A stretch of 52,400 nucleotides of DNA from Octopus sinensis (taxonomy: Eukaryota): positions 1 through 52,400 of the forward strand of contig NW_021833959.1 in the NCBI RefSeq assembly GCF_006345805.1, read 5' to 3'. Positions 50,286-52,400 of the stretch are shown here, in pieces. Position numbers and translations under genes: made by a program. The stretch's first letter is position 1, and each line of letters starts with the position of its first letter. Below the pieces are notes generated by a model. The model did not search any database, was not told the origin of the DNA, and saw only the letters and a list, made by a program, of their open reading frames with translations.

Positions 50286-50371
50286 TCCTGGACAATGCAT
50301 AGTTTCGGCAATCTTATGTAAATAAGATAAAATAATTTTAACTTACAACTGGCGTCGTCTCGTCAGCAGGA
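50286..50371 (-). ncRNA. Type-I hammerhead ribozyme motif, family H4, with enlarged stem II domain
   Basis: UCCUG CUGACGA G..[53 nt]..C GAAAC uaugcauu GUC CAGGA. Intact core, perfect 5-bp stem I, canonical GUC site, near-palindromic stem III. Confidence 0.72.
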
Positions 50372-50479
50372 TGCCAATGTTACCATATAGACACGAGGCG
50401 ATAAAGAACATGCCTCGTGTTTATATGATATAATTTTTCAAAATCCTCCGCGCATACATGTGTGTGTATGTGTGTCTGT

Positions 50480-50675
50480 GTGCTTCTTTTAAACGCCACC
50501 CATTTTGGACAACCGGTGTTGGTATGTTTACGTCCCCGTAACTTAGCGACTCGGCAACAGAAACCGGTAGTATTAGTAGCAGCCTTAGAACAGTATTAGG
50601 GTTGGTTCATTCGATATTCCACAAAGGGTTGTTCTAGGCGGTGCCTCAGTATGGACACAGTCTGAAACAAGTAAC
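50480..50675 (+). mobile_element. SINE family C tail
   Basis: acaaccggtgttggtatgtttacgtccccgtaacttagcg...ggcggtgcctcagtatgg...ctgaaacaagtaa. Confidence 0.8.
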
Positions 50676-51229
50676 AGTTAAACACACACACACACAAACA
50701 CATATATACACACATATATACATATATATATATATATACATATATACATATGCAAACATATATATGCATATATACATACACACACATAGCGCACGCACAC
50801 ACATGCAAACAAAGATATGAAAGAAAATATATATATATATATATTATAGATATACATATATATATACATATATATATAATATATATACATATATATATAT
50901 ATATAATATATTATATATATACACACACATATATATATATTATACATATATAAATTTATATATACATACATTTTATATATATATATTAAATATAAGCGTA
51001 TGCTCTATATGTATGCTGTATATACATATGTATGTATATTATATGTAGGTAGGAGGCATATGTCTCCACATAAGTGGAATCCTTTGTGTCCGAGTTGTGG
51101 GGTGACTTCTCGTCGCTATTGTATAAATTATTATTCACTTCTTGAAATAAATTTAACTGTTTTTTAAAGGTTTCATTTTTAATATTGAACATTATAGATA
51201 ATATTGAACATTAAACATAATCGTAGCAA

Positions 51230-51460
51230 AACAGGGAAATAGGCAATTATTGAGAATAATTGGTGTCTTCGATAATTGGTAAGTGTGCGAACATTCATAT
51301 TCTTTACATAAGCTGTTTAGGATAAGTAATAAATTCTAAGGAGGACATATATTCCTCAAGGTGGGTAATTTTCAGAAGATTCCAATGTTCTTTAAGCATG
51401 TAATTATTGTTAATGGTCCATCGAGGAATTTTGTCAATTAGATTGGAGCGATTAATTGCA
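51230..51460 (-). mobile_element. Possible degenerate Penelope-like fragment
   Basis: AINRSNLI...YMLKEHWNLL resembles the NRxxLL...ILxKHWxIL region of Penelope-like elements. Heavily decayed and flanked by (TA)n. Confidence 0.3.
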
Positions 51461-51478
51461 TGAATGATATAGGAGTAT

Positions 51479-51533
<55 letters not shown>

Positions 51534-51753
51534 TATAGATATAGATATGTATGTATATATATATATATACATATATATGTATGTATGTGTGTGTGTGTTT
51601 GTATATATATATATGTATATATATATCATATTGAAATATTTTATATTATATTGATACATATGTTATGCGTATACGTGTATATATATTTAGTTCACATATA
51701 TATATATATATATGCATACAAACATATAATGTACTTTTATATGAATATATACT

Positions 51754-51796
<43 letters not shown>

Positions 51797-52400
51797 TGTG
51801 TGTATATACGTATGTATATACATGTATGCATGTAATATATTATATATATATTACATGTATGCATGTAATATATTATATCACTACGTGATATAATGTTATC
51901 AGTCTTACTGCATGAAGTTAACTCGAATTACTTTGGGATAATCTTAGGAATATTGCCTTCGGTGCCAGGGAGGGGTGTTATCATACACAATAGTAAAATG
52001 GTTAATGTTCTTGGAAGGACTTCAGATAATTTTTTTTTCCTTAAACTTTTGTTTTATGAAAAGTAGCACCTAATTTAGGTCGACGAATTAATATAGTGGT
52101 TAAATTGTTAGATATAATGCCTGACAGAGTTTATTAGTATGTTTGTCAATGCTCAGAGGACAGTTTATTTTGTATGTCGGGTTCAAACTTGCTGTGGACG
52201 CTTGATTTTATTTTTTTTTTTCGGGTTCGAGCAAAAAATGTACCCAATTCTAAAGGACGCATAATAGATCTGTGAGAATGTCGGATATGGCACCTTACGG
52301 TATATGATCCGGCTTTTAGCGTTCCGATAGAAAGATTTTCAACAACATTACTATTTACTTGTTTTACAATCACGTGACTGCGGCCATGCTGGAGCCCGCC

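Noticed and set aside
52146-52373. 75-aa ORF at the window end, possibly Penelope RT-derived
   Set aside because: Similarity is too weak to support by eye.

Overview
This is a eukaryotic, AT-rich, microsatellite-saturated window with no intact protein-coding gene. Most ORFs in the track are translations of (TA)n, (TATG)n, (CAT)n, (TTA)n, (CTA)n and (GT)n repeats. The SINE repertoire and repeat density suggest an octopus/coleoid genome (from recall, not searched), probably intronic or intergenic DNA. Recognisable content: (1) 5'-truncated R4/Dong-clade non-LTR retrotransposons, including two different copies in tandem inside a (TAA)n tract and a second lineage whose ends abut (TACA)n; (2) 3' fragments of RTE, CR1 and CRE-like LINEs; (3) Penelope-like remnants; (4) two internally inverted mariner relics, a hAT MITE with a perfect 8-bp TSD and three long fold-backs; (5) three families of tRNA-derived SINEs. 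The strongest unannotated signal is a set of minimal type-I hammerhead ribozyme motifs from four unrelated small repeat families. There are seven clear copies, all on the minus strand, and one is the 3' module of a tRNA-headed SINE-like element. A 9-nt candidate neural microexon (UGC upstream, GTATGT donor, two TGCATG downstream) lies on the plus strand, consistent with a long intron of a plus-strand gene. All calls were made by eye, and element boundaries are approximate unless a motif is quoted.
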